Assembly: GCA_015069195.1 (NCBI GenBank)
Contig: SVJA01000004.1
Location: 10,978-74,977 of the forward strand
Source: Oscillospiraceae bacterium
GTDB taxonomy: Bacteria; Bacillota; Clostridia; UBA1212
Direction: 5' to 3'
Length of the DNA stretch: 64,000 nt
The notes beneath the pieces were generated by a model, which had not been told where the DNA came from, ran no database searches, and saw only the letters and a list, made by a program, of their open reading frames with translations. Both the position numbers and the translations under genes were made by a program. Numbering within the stretch: the stretch's first letter is position 1; every line of letters begins with the position of its first letter. Below, one piece after another: positions 1-10,700 of the stretch.

Positions 1-547
1 CTTAGAACGCGAAAAGCAGAAAGAGAAAGAGCGCAAGCAAAAAGAAAGAGACAAAAAGAAAGCTCAGGAACAGAAAGCTTTGATGCTTGAAAAAGATAGA
101 AAAGAAAAAGAGCGTGCGAAAGCTAAAGCTTTAAAAGAGAAGCAACTTGCGGCAGAGAAAGCTCAGAAGGAAAAGGATGCCGCAAAAGCGAAGGCTTTGC
201 GCGAAAGAGAAGCCGCTAAGCTTTTAAAGGAAAGAGAAGCGGCAAAGGCTAAAGCTTTGAAAAAGAAAGAAGCCGAGGCTGAAAAACTTCGCAAGGAAAA
301 AGAGTTACAGCTTGAACGAGACCGAAAAGCTAAAGAACGCGCGAAAGCGAAGGCCTTGAAAGAAAAGGAACTCGAAAAAGAAAAGTTGCGCAGACAGAAG
401 GTCGCAGAAGCTGAAAAAGCTCGCAGACAAAAGGCTACAGAGGCTGAAAAGGCTCGTAGATTAAAGGCTAAAGAAGCCGAAAAGTTACGAATGAAAAAGC
501 AAAAAGAAAGAGAGCAAGAAAAAGCTAAAAAGACTAAGAAAGATTGA
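1..547 (+). CDS. Lys/Glu/Ala-rich charged repeat (coiled-coil-like) protein, C-terminal part; reading frame is open from position 2 so the 5' end lies outside the window
   Basis: ORF 80..547 continues upstream in frame without a stop. Tandem 11-13 aa repeats (KAKALKEKE..., EAEKARRQKAT x3) are mirrored by 33-39 bp DNA repeats. No enzymatic motif. Confidence 0.5.
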   Translation, partial: LEREKQKEKERKQKERDKKKAQEQKALMLEKDRKEKERAKAKALKEKQLAAEKAQKEKDAAKAKALREREAAKLLKEREAAKAKALKKKEAEAEKLRKEKELQLERDRKAKERAKAKALKEKELEKEKLRRQKVAEAEKARRQKATEAEKARRLKAKEAEKLRMKKQKEREQEKAKKTKKD

Positions 548-576
548 ATTTGACACAAATTATGAAAGGAGCGGCT

Positions 577-1473
577 ATGGCAAAGAAAAGCATTTTGAAA
601 AACATACTTATCATATGCGGACTGTTCATTGTACTGATAGCTGCAACTTTTTCGTGGTTTGTTATGAGAGACAGCGGTGATATCGGAAATCTGGAAATGG
701 CAGTTATCGATGCTGCGTATATAAAGGTTTCTAAGGACGAAGGTCTTACTTGGGAAAACAACTTGGACTTAGATCTGGGAACGATAGTTTCTTTGAGGGA
801 AACGACGGGTGACGGTGTAACTTTTTATGAACCTGTATACGACGGTACCGACAGTATAAGCGGATATGTACAATCGGCAAATGAAAATGTGTATTTTGAA
901 AGTGTAATTACTTTTAAGACTGACAGAACCCAAAGTATATATCTTACCGATGAGAGTTTTATTGTTCCGGCAGATACCGCGAGTGATACAAAGAATAAAA
1001 GTGAATTCGGTAATTACAGCAAGGATTATATAGCCGGTGCGATTCGTGTGGGATTTTTTGAGTTGACGGATGCTGGAGAATATAAGCCTGTTTTTATATG
1101 GGTACCAAATCCGAAAATTCAATATAATGCAAAGAATAACACGGTAACGGAAAACGGCACGGTTGAAGATTATTATTCATACTATGCAAATGGTGAAGAA
1201 CCGGGATTCGTGAAAATAATGACAAACGGCGAGTCAGATGGCATGTCAGATCCTTTGGTGTGGGGCAGTTTACAGCAAGACGGAGTAAAACCGGTGTTGT
1301 CTTTTGATAAAGAGACCGAAGCCGAACCTGACGGTAGCATCACTAAAAAGCTTATTGCTCGTGTCTGGGTAGAGGGTACTGACCGCGAATGTGTCAGAGC
1401 ATTGTATCAGGGTAAGTTCAAAATGTATTTTAAATTTCAGGCGGTAAGGGAGGTTAGCAACAATGAAGAATAA
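577..1473 (+). CDS. Secreted protein with SipW-cognate-type signal peptide (paralog 1 of 3); function unknown
   Basis: Start chosen at MAKKSILKN (RBS AAAGGAG 5 nt upstream). N-terminus has a K-rich n-region, a hydrophobic h-region, then TFSWF. Shares DYIAGAIRVxFxELTD, NPK and RVWVEGTDREC motifs with the next two genes. Confidence 0.7.
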   Translation: MAKKSILKNILIICGLFIVLIAATFSWFVMRDSGDIGNLEMAVIDAAYIKVSKDEGLTWENNLDLDLGTIVSLRETTGDGVTFYEPVYDGTDSISGYVQSANENVYFESVITFKTDRTQSIYLTDESFIVPADTASDTKNKSEFGNYSKDYIAGAIRVGFFELTDAGEYKPVFIWVPNPKIQYNAKNNTVTENGTVEDYYSYYANGEEPGFVKIMTNGESDGMSDPLVWGSLQQDGVKPVLSFDKETEAEPDGSITKKLIARVWVEGTDRECVRALYQGKFKMYFKFQAVREVSNNEE

Positions 1474-2605
1474 GAATAAATTAGTAATAAGTATAGTTGC
1501 TATCCTTGTTGCGCTTACGGCTATCGGCGGAACTCTTGCATGGTTCTTCATAAATGAAAGTTCTTATGTAGACTATGGTTCTGACATTTCCTGTGAAGCC
1601 GGACAGAGCTTAGAGATATCTATCGACGGAGGTAAGAGTTGGTCGGGATTTGTGTCAAACGAAGGTTTCAAATCATCCACTGTTGATATAACAGGGGATG
1701 GTATAAATATGTACAGACCCGTTTCTATCGACGAAACTTCAAATCCGACGGGTTACCAACCGGCAGTTGCAATTGATGAAAATGGTGTGGGAGATTTTAT
1801 AGATATTGACTTGATGTTCCGTACCACTTCCAAGATGAATGTGTATCTGAACGGTGAATCATATATTTCTCCTACAAATCCTACGTTGGGCGGAAATATG
1901 TTCGGCAATTTCAGCCGTGATTATATTGCAGGAGCTACCAGAGTTGCTTTTATAGAAGTGACAGATAATGTCGAAACCGGTGCAGAAGAATATGATTTGA
2001 AAATGATTTGGGCGCCCAATCCTAAATATCAGCTTTCGAAGAGTACAGGCGGCATATATACTTTTACTGTTAACGGATCAAGAGAAACATATTACTATAC
2101 TGTCTATGAGGATGGTGAGTATGTAAAGAAAGCTTATACATCTGATGATTTTGCAACATCTCGTTTCCTTGCGGGAAATACCGGTGCTGACATATCAAAC
2201 GGCGGTGAGAGTGCTGTTTTGTTTTCTACAAATCCGGCTGCCGGAGAGTTTGATTACAAAAAAATGAAGATAAGAATTTGGTTTGAGGGAACTGACCGTG
2301 AGGCAAGTGAAGCTCTTGCCGGTGGAAAAGTTGCGGCAAAACTGAAGTTTACCGGATTAAATAAAGCCGTTCCATCCGAAGAGAATTTGAATGCGCTGGA
2401 TGCGGTAGAATATGATGTTTCTTCAAAGTCTTTAACCGGTGTGCTATCGGGAATGGCGTTCTCAACAGACGGATATACTTGGACCGCTTACAATGATGCA
2501 AAGCCTAATTTGCCGAATTTTGACAGCGGAATGATTGTATATTTACGGTACAATGAAACAAAGGGCAGTCTTAGGACTGACATTAAAAAAATAATGATTC
2601 CATAG
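1463..2605 (+). CDS. Secreted protein with SipW-cognate-type signal peptide (paralog 2 of 3)
   Basis: RBS GGGAGG. N-terminus MKNKNKLVISIVAILVALTAIGGTLAWFF. Motifs TGDGINMYRPV, FGNFSRDYIAGATRVAFIEVTD, IWAPNPK, RIWFEGTDREASEAL are shared with paralog 1. Overlaps the upstream gene by 11 nt. Confidence 0.7.
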   Translation: MKNKNKLVISIVAILVALTAIGGTLAWFFINESSYVDYGSDISCEAGQSLEISIDGGKSWSGFVSNEGFKSSTVDITGDGINMYRPVSIDETSNPTGYQPAVAIDENGVGDFIDIDLMFRTTSKMNVYLNGESYISPTNPTLGGNMFGNFSRDYIAGATRVAFIEVTDNVETGAEEYDLKMIWAPNPKYQLSKSTGGIYTFTVNGSRETYYYTVYEDGEYVKKAYTSDDFATSRFLAGNTGADISNGGESAVLFSTNPAAGEFDYKKMKIRIWFEGTDREASEALAGGKVAAKLKFTGLNKAVPSEENLNALDAVEYDVSSKSLTGVLSGMAFSTDGYTWTAYNDAKPNLPNFDSGMIVYLRYNETKGSLRTDIKKIMIP

Positions 2606-2615
2606 AAAGGGGCAT

Positions 2616-3491
2616 ATGCATATGAAAAAATTAAAAGGTCTTATGTCCGTGGTTTCTGTGGTGTGGGCGTTTTTTCTGTTGATTGCATTTACGTTTACAT
2701 GGGTTGCCAGGAACTGGACACCGAGTTTTGAGCAAAATGAAATACAGATCAGTACAGCAGGTGCGCTGGTTATAAGCTTGACCGGTGACGATAATCATGA
2801 CGTTGTTTCTCTTAATGAGGTTGTCCAACTCGATTCATTTGTCTTTAAGCAAGTGTCCAGCCAAGATGGTGAGACATTCTTCTGGAAGGATTTTACTCCT
2901 ACTCTTAATGACGAACCCGCGGTTTACAAAAAGGTTACCGATTTGCAGAAAGAAAACTATATAGACACGGAGTTTGCTTTGAAACTTGACGATTCGCTTA
3001 CTGAACCGAAGTACATATTTATACATCCTGATTCGATTTTGTCCAGCGAAAACATCGGAATATCCTCTGATGTTGCAAAGGCTATAAGGATTTCTTTGCA
3101 GTATGAAGATATCGATGAAAACGGTCAGCCTGTAAAATATTCATATATTTTAGGCAATACAGAAGATAAGGATGAACCGGATTATTCTACTTCGGCGGTT
3201 TTACCCGATGCTGACGGTAAAAATGATAAGGATGAGACTGCTACAAACCAGCAGAAAGTATACAATCTGCGCTATTTCAATGCCGGTTGGGATAATTATA
3301 CAAACGGGCAGACTGATCATAATTTTACGGTTGAACCGTCGAGAACACTGTTCAAACTTAACCCTGGTGGAATAAGATGGATAAAGATGAGAATTTGGCT
3401 TGAGGGTGCAGATGAAAACTGCGTAAATGAAATTGCAGGGCAGTCTTTTGATATGGTGTTGAAATTTGATTCAATCAGTGTATCACAATAA
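2616..3491 (+). CDS. Secreted protein with SipW-cognate-type signal peptide (paralog 3 of 3, more divergent)
   Basis: N-terminus MHMKKLKGLMSVVSVVWAFFLLIAFTFTWVARNW. C-terminal motif RIWLEGADENCVNEIAGQSF aligns with the WxEGTDRE motif of paralogs 1 and 2. Confidence 0.65.
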   Translation: MHMKKLKGLMSVVSVVWAFFLLIAFTFTWVARNWTPSFEQNEIQISTAGALVISLTGDDNHDVVSLNEVVQLDSFVFKQVSSQDGETFFWKDFTPTLNDEPAVYKKVTDLQKENYIDTEFALKLDDSLTEPKYIFIHPDSILSSENIGISSDVAKAIRISLQYEDIDENGQPVKYSYILGNTEDKDEPDYSTSAVLPDADGKNDKDETATNQQKVYNLRYFNAGWDNYTNGQTDHNFTVEPSRTLFKLNPGGIRWIKMRIWLEGADENCVNEIAGQSFDMVLKFDSISVSQ

Positions 3492-3525
3492 TTTTTAAGA
3501 CAAGAACACGAAAGGAGGCAGAGAT

Positions 3526-4143
3526 ATGCGTGATTTGAAAAAATTAATACTTCCGATGATCTCGATATTGCTTTGCCTCACTGCAACATTTGCTTGGATA
3601 AATGAGCTCCAGAATCCTGAGGGACGTTATCTTAATTTTGAGTTCAAAGACGGTAAGGCTGTTGTTACGGACACCGACATAGAAGTTAAAATGTACAGAG
3701 ATAGAACCGGGACAGATGATTTTGAGGATATTACGGCTTCTTTTGCAAATGGCAGTCTTGAAAATTTAGTTAATATAGATAATTTTGCACCGGGTGCAAG
3801 ACAAAAGTACAAAGTGGAAATTGCTAATACCGGTAAGATTCCGCTCTCACTTCAGATGGTACTTTCAAACATTTCCTGCCCTGATGAATTATTGCAGGAA
3901 CATCTTGTTGTGGGAACAGGTGGATTTGAAGGATTCACTGCGGAATATCCTGCTCCTGATTTGGTGCAGGACACTATGAAAAACAGTCTTGTCGGAGAGA
4001 GCATTGTCTTGATTGACGGTGCAGCTGTACCGGCGGACAAGACTGTAACTATTTACTTTTACGTAATGTTTTCGCGTACTGCGACAGAGGAAGTTTCCGA
4101 CTGTCACTTTACAATCGGAAGCGTTAACTTTATAGCATTATAA
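3526..4143 (+). CDS. TasA/camelysin-family (peptidase M73-like fold) secreted protein
   Basis: RBS AAAGGAGG. Signal peptide ends ATFAWINE. The mature region VNIDNFAPGARQKYKVEIANTGKIPLSLQMVLSN matches the TasA/CalY motif NLKPGDKLTKDFQFENNGSLAIKEV (comparison from memory). Confidence 0.7.
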   Translation: MRDLKKLILPMISILLCLTATFAWINELQNPEGRYLNFEFKDGKAVVTDTDIEVKMYRDRTGTDDFEDITASFANGSLENLVNIDNFAPGARQKYKVEIANTGKIPLSLQMVLSNISCPDELLQEHLVVGTGGFEGFTAEYPAPDLVQDTMKNSLVGESIVLIDGAAVPADKTVTIYFYVMFSRTATEEVSDCHFTIGSVNFIAL

Positions 4144-4160
4144 ACGGAGAAATTGAAGAA

Positions 4161-4724
4161 ATGGTTAAAAAGATTTTTAAAATTTGTTCAACTGTACTGT
4201 TTGTTTTGCTGATGATAATAACCGTAACACTTGTTGTTATGAGATTTATGGGGGAAAGCTACAGTTTCCTTGGGTATAATGCATATTATGTCCTAACGGG
4301 AAGTATGGAGCCTGAGATTATGGCCGGAGATGTTATTTTTTCAAAATCAGTTGATGATATGTCCAAACTTAAAGTCGGCGATGTTATTACATATAACGGC
4401 AGAGTCGGAACGGTAAAGGATAAATCAATAACTCATAAAATTATAGAGATGCGTGAAGAAAACGGTGAACTTGTTTTTGTGACGCAGGGCGTTGCAAATC
4501 CGGCGGCAGACCCGCCGATAACATCGGATCAGATTGTTTCTAAGATGGTTTTTAAAAGCAGTCTTTTAGGAAATGTCGTTTCGGTTGTAAACAACAAGGT
4601 CGGATTTTTAATGATAATAATATTGCCGCTTGCGGTATTCCTTACGAGTGAGGTTGTTTCACTTGTAAGAACATATAAAGAATGTAAGGAGGAACAGGTA
4701 GATGAAGAAAATGCAGCAGCTTAA
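4161..4724 (+). CDS. sipW: Signal peptidase I, ER/archaeal type (S26B), SipW-like
   Basis: N-terminal TM segment followed by YVLTGSMEPEIMAGDVIF, the GSMEP catalytic-Ser box of ER-type SPases. A conserved His lies in GTVKDKSITHKIIE. C-terminal second TM segment. 187 aa. Confidence 0.85.
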   Translation: MVKKIFKICSTVLFVLLMIITVTLVVMRFMGESYSFLGYNAYYVLTGSMEPEIMAGDVIFSKSVDDMSKLKVGDVITYNGRVGTVKDKSITHKIIEMREENGELVFVTQGVANPAADPPITSDQIVSKMVFKSSLLGNVVSVVNNKVGFLMIIILPLAVFLTSEVVSLVRTYKECKEEQVDEENAAA

Positions 4725-7700
4725 AATTTCAAAACTGAAAAATCTTGTAGGTCGACGCTACGGTATGCTTGCACTTGTTCTTTCTTTTGTTATGTTGCTT
4801 ACTACAATATCCTTTGCTTGGTATCAGAATCAGGTTTCTTTGGAAGGTAACACTTTTTCAACCGGTGATATCGATTTTGTGTCACGCGGATATGATAGCG
4901 AGGGAAATCTTGTTACAACTATTTTGCAAGGCGACAAAGATCCTGCCGGCTATGAGAAAGTAAACCAGCCTCTTTTTAATCACATCGGTTGGGATGCAAA
5001 CATGCAGACCGAAACTTCGTACATAGTTGTCGAAAAGACCGGTTCTTTGGAGATGGATTATAAGATAAGCTTTACTGCAGCCGGAACTGTTGAGTATCTC
5101 GGCGGATTTTGGTATGCACTTACCGACGTGACAAATGAGGTTGTGGGTACAAGTTCAAACAGTGACCATTCAGCGCTTCTCAAAGATTATATTGCAAAAG
5201 GCAACAATCCTAAGGCTGAAACTGATGGCTATAATATGGCGACAATGGACAGATATGCGACGATAGGCAGTATTTTAGATGGTTCAAATATAACCGCAAG
5301 ATATTATCGTTTGGACTATGGCATGAAATCTTCTGCAATTCCTGAAGAATACACAAACATGTCTGTTGAGATATTTGCAAAGATTTTTGTGACTCAGGTC
5401 GGCGCTTTGGACAGTGAAGACGGTACAGGTTATACATACAACTGTTCTTCACAGCTTGATATAGAAAAGGCAAGAGAGCAGGCTCTCCCCGGAGATAATA
5501 TTGTATTGCTTAACAATATTACTTTCGAGGGCGATTTGGTTTTCAATAAAGGTGTAAATCTTTTCACAAACAACTACACTTTGGAAGTTCTCGGTAATTT
5601 GATTTACGAATATGTTGCTCCGACTGCGATGACCGTGAATGTTTCCGGTAACGGACGTATTCTTGTCAGTTGCCCTCGTGCGGGAGTCGGCGGCAACTTT
5701 ACAATCGAGGCTCCGAACAGTGATGTAACAATCATCGGAAGTAACACTTCGGACGGTGATATTGTTACTGAGAGCAGATTCACTGTAAGCGGAACACGCG
5801 CCTATGGTGCGGCTGGTGTTACCCTTAGAAACTTAAGAGTTGTAGATAAAGCGTACGGTACTCTTAAAACTATATATGTAAACAGTAATTCAAGAGTGAC
5901 CGTTACTGACAATACAACAATTTCAAGATTGGAAGCTGTTGCCAGAGCTACAAATATCGAAGTTCAGAATATGGGTATCATCCATGAGCTGTCTTTGATA
6001 AATATGTATATTTTGCCGCAGACATTGAGCCCGCAGATTTATGTATATAATATGGGTATTATTACTCAATCTATACAGCTTCCTGCATGGTCTACTCCGT
6101 TCGAAATTGTTACTCAGTCGCCGCTTACATGCTCCGGCAATACAAAAATTGTTCAAGCGATTACGGGTAATGATATGTCCGTAACAGGTGCTACAGTAAC
6201 CGGGGCATTCACAACTGCTGATATTGAAAGAGAAAACATAGACGATACTGTTGTTCCTATGGGTAACAGCAATACTCAGCTTATAGTTTACTATCAGAAT
6301 ATTAAAAAAGACGGTCAGACAGTTGAAACGACTATTCAATCATTACTTGAAGATTATTTCAGAGAGATAAATGTTGTAAATGTTGCGGCAGCTATTGCCG
6401 AAATTACAGATTTGAGAGTTATATCTGTTGAAGGCAAGCAAGTTCTGAATTCTGATATACAGTATCTCAGAGGTGCTGCGTTGCCGTATCTTAAGAATAT
6501 TGATTTGGAACGTGCTATCTTATTTGATACTGTTACTTCAAGAGAAAATCATTTGTTCGACAATGCTTTCAACGGTGATACAAGGATTGAAAATCTTGTA
6601 TTGCCACAGCGACTTGAGTCTATCGGTGTCGGTGCTTTGAGCAATATGTCTTGTGATAATGTTATAAGAATTCCGGAGTCTGTAAAGGAGTTTGGTGTGA
6701 ACTGGTTTAGAGGAACAAAATATGTTTGCTTTGAATCACCCACCCCTGTCATTGCCGCATATAATGCTGCTTCAGGTCTTTCTGGTGTTAAGGCAATATT
6801 TACAGAAGAACCGTATCTTTCTGCATATAGACAAAATTATGCAAACTATGCAAATATTATTTACTGTGTTGGTCAAAAGGATGACAGCGGTAATAATTTT
6901 GTGCGCCGTCTTAATCAGGGAAATGATTGGGAGATTGTTTACTATATTGGTAATCAGGGGAATATAACAAGTCTTTCCGTGGGATCAAATGTTCGTGTCG
7001 ACGGTCAGCTTATTAATATTGTAAATATAGGTGAAAATGCATATGGAAATACTTTGCCGGATTCGGTTACAACTATAAGCTTTGCCGATGGAGTTCGTGT
7101 GATAGGTAAGAGAGCTTTTTACGGTCGACCGATAAAGTCTGTTGAAAGTTGGGGAATATCTTTAACTACAATTGGTTATGGTGCTTTTGAAAATTGCTCC
7201 CTTCTGCAAGGCGAGATAATGCTTCCGGCAACAATGCAGACAATTGACTCGTATGCATTTGCTTCTTGTGGCATGCTTGAGGGTATAAATGCAGGTGGTA
7301 CAAAATTTGTCTATACCGGTGCATTTTTAAATTGTTCCGGTATGGTTTATGCAGATATGTCGAGTGTTGAGACATTTGAGACTGTTGGTACTGTTGGCGT
7401 TTTCAATAATTGCCCCAGACTTGTATCAGTGACTGCTCCGACACTTAAGAAAACAATAGGAAATGTATTTTGGAATTTAAGCTCTCTTAGAGAGGTTGTT
7501 TTCGGTGCGGCTTCTTTTGAAGAAGTTGCTGTTTCCGGATTCACATCATTTTATGGTAGTGTAGGAAATAATACTAAAATATATTTTGATGTGGATGATA
7601 CCTCTTTGGTAGCTATAAACGGTGTGTCTTCTGAACGTATTTATTCTGCTGGTAATAAACTTGGCGAAGTTATTGTTAATGACTATAATATAGGTGAATA

Positions 7701-10700
7701 TATTATTCGAAACAATGACAACGGTGAGGTTGTTTTGGTTACTTCGAATATTGATTATGTTTCAAATGGTAGCAGTGCTGATTTGATATCATTCCCTGAA
7801 GAGTACAATGGAAGTATAGTTACTGAAATTGGTAGAAATGCTTTTCGATATCAGACTTTTGATAATGTGAAAATTTCGTTCGGTAGTGGATTGAAAAAAA
7901 TAGGCGAGTATGCTTTTTATGAGAAGAGCGGTATCGAATATTTGGATTTTAGTCAAGCTGTAAATCTGAAGAATATCGGTGAATATGCATTTTGTAGAAA
8001 TGTCGGAATTGAGGGCGATTTAATTTTGCCCCAAAGTATGCATGAGATTGGTGCATATGCATTTTATAGCTGTTCCGAGATAAGTAATATAAATACAGGT
8101 GGAACTTCTTTTGTCAGAGAAAGTGCATTTGAGTTGTGTGGTAAAATTGTAAAGGCTGAATTGCCTGAAGTTTTGATATTAGGTGGAGCTACTAATGACA
8201 ATTCTGCCGTTTTCTTAAATTGTAGCTCATTGGTAGCTGTATATATGCCGAAATTATATTTGATTAATGGCTTTTACACTTTTCGATATTGTACAGCGTT
8301 ACGCGAACTTCATATGGCAAGTAGCAATGCGGAAATGAATTTTAATGGATATTCTTTTACTGATTGTGATAGTTCTAAAATTAAGATTTTTGTGCCGGAA
8401 GAATTAGTTGATTTCTACCGTGCAAAGGGACTTGCTGGTCTTCAAGATCGTAGTGTGTTTGAAGAGGGTGAGAAGCTAGGTGAAAATATTATTTTCGGAT
8501 ATAATATTGGTGAATATATTGTCAAAGAAAATCATGATGGAACGGCAACTCTTATAACTTCTCGTATTGATTTTTCTAGTGAGGTAGTACTTCCTAGTGT
8601 GTGGAATGATAACGGGGTAGAAAGAAAAATTACTGTTATCGGTGAGAGTGCATTCAAAAATGGTATATTTAATAATGCAACTCTTTCTATTGGTGAATAT
8701 GTGGAATTGATTGAAACAAATGCCTTTGATTCTGCTAATGGGCTTAAGGCGGTTAATTCTTGGGGCAATGCATTAACAACAATTGCAAATAATGCATTTT
8801 TTAATTGTGCAGATTTGACTGCAGATATTGTGTTGCCTGATTCATTGGATTACATAGGTGATTCTGCCTTTGCTTCAAGCGGTATAAAGAGTGTTGTTAC
8901 TGGTGGTGCTACTGCAGTTGGTTGGGACGTTTTTAAGAATTGTCAAAAACTTATATGGGCTGAGCTATCAAATGTGGTGATGATTGGAAAAGCTGGCCGT
9001 GATAATTGTTTATTTGAAGGTTCTGAAAATTTAGTATCTGTTAGAGCTCCGTTGTTATCCGTAGTTAAAGGTCAGTTTATTTTTATTGGCTGTGGCTCTT
9101 TGCGAGAATTGTATTTAGGCGCTTCCGACTTTGAGTCTTTAGGTGGTTATGCTTTTTACTTGTGCCAAACAGATAAGATAAAGATTTTTGTGCCTGCGGA
9201 GTTGTTGGATTTTTATAAAAGTAAGAATCCAGATGGACTAGGTGCTACTCATATTTATCCTATTGGTGAAAAAGTTGGTACAAATGAACTTAATGGTTAT
9301 AACCTTGGAAGATATATAGTTAAAGTTAATGAAGATGGTCAGACTGCTACACTTATAACATCGAATGTATCTTTTGAGGGCGATGTGACATTGCCTAATA
9401 CATTTACGAGTGACGGAAAAGAATTTCCTATTACTGCGATATTTAAAAATGCATTTATGAATGAGTCTTTTACAAATGTGAATCTTACTGTGGGTGCACA
9501 CGTTAAAGAAATCAGTGAGAATGCGTTCTATGGCAGAAAAGGTATTTTGAATGTAAATCTTAAAAATACAGAAACTGTTTGTGATTCTGCTTTCTATAAT
9601 TGCTCGGACATGACAAATCTTGTGGCAAATTATTTGAAAACGATAAAGGGAAACAATGCATTTAACGGATGTTTATCGCTTACAATATTGACTTTGCCCT
9701 CACTTGAAAATGTTACTGGATCGCAGAACTTTGCAAATAATACATCTATCAAGAAGGTTTATTTACAGAATATTGTATCGTTAGGTAATCAGACTTTCTA
9801 CGGTTGTTCAAATCTTGAAGAATTTGTAGTAAATAAAAAGCTTTCTTCTGCAAACGATATACCTACGGCGACAGATGCATTTTCAGGCGACGTTCGCACG
9901 GATCTTCCGATAAGAGTTCCTGCTGCTTCTATGAGTTACTATGGTGGTAGCTGGCAGGGCAGACCGGTGCTTGCTTACGGAGATACTATCGTCGTGGGGG
10001 ATGAGTCTTTTGTTGTTCTTCCTATGAATGGTGGATATATTATCCAATCATATATCGGTGGATCAGAATCCGTTGTGATTCCGGAGACTCTTGGGACGTT
10101 AAATGTTGTAGGTCTTGAAGAAAATGCTTTTGGAATAGTGACACAAACTATTACATCTGTTACTTTACCAAAGTATCTGTATTTCCTTGGTTTTGATGCT
10201 TTGTCGGAACTTTTGGGACTTAATGAGATTGCAGTAGATTCCGAGAATAGATTCTTCTCTTCTGTTGACGGTGTTCTTTATAGCAAAGACAAAAAAATGC
10301 TTGTAAGATATCCGCACGGAAAGACTGATGCATCGTTTACCGTTCCTGATATGGTCGTTGCAATTTCGGGTAATGCATTTAAAAATGCAAGAAATCTTAA
10401 CTCAATAATCCTTGGTAGCGGGTTAGGTGCTATAGACAGTGTTGCATTTATCGGATGTAATTATCTCGGACAGATCACATTCACCGGAGCTGTTCCACCC
10501 GTACTTATGGGAGCCTCGATATTTGATACGAACCTTACCGGATTTACAATGACTGTTCCGACTGGTAGTGTTGATGCATATATACGTGCAATGAATTTTG
10601 CAGAGTATGCACCGTATATGAACGGTGGAATTGAGATCCCGACAAGCGGTGATATGAATATGATTCATTGGGGCCCTGCGGTTGCACAGCAGACAAACGT

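Noticed and set aside
80-547. Tandem 33-39-bp DNA repeats considered as a CRISPR-like array or satellite
   Set aside because: The repeats are in frame and encode a continuous K/E/A-rich protein; there is no spacer/repeat alternation.
4769-10668. Several 64-138-aa ORFs in other frames within the giant LRR gene (e.g. 5923..6339 minus, 6722..6967 plus)
   Set aside because: They lie inside a single 6-kb reading frame with consistent repeat structure and have no independent signals.
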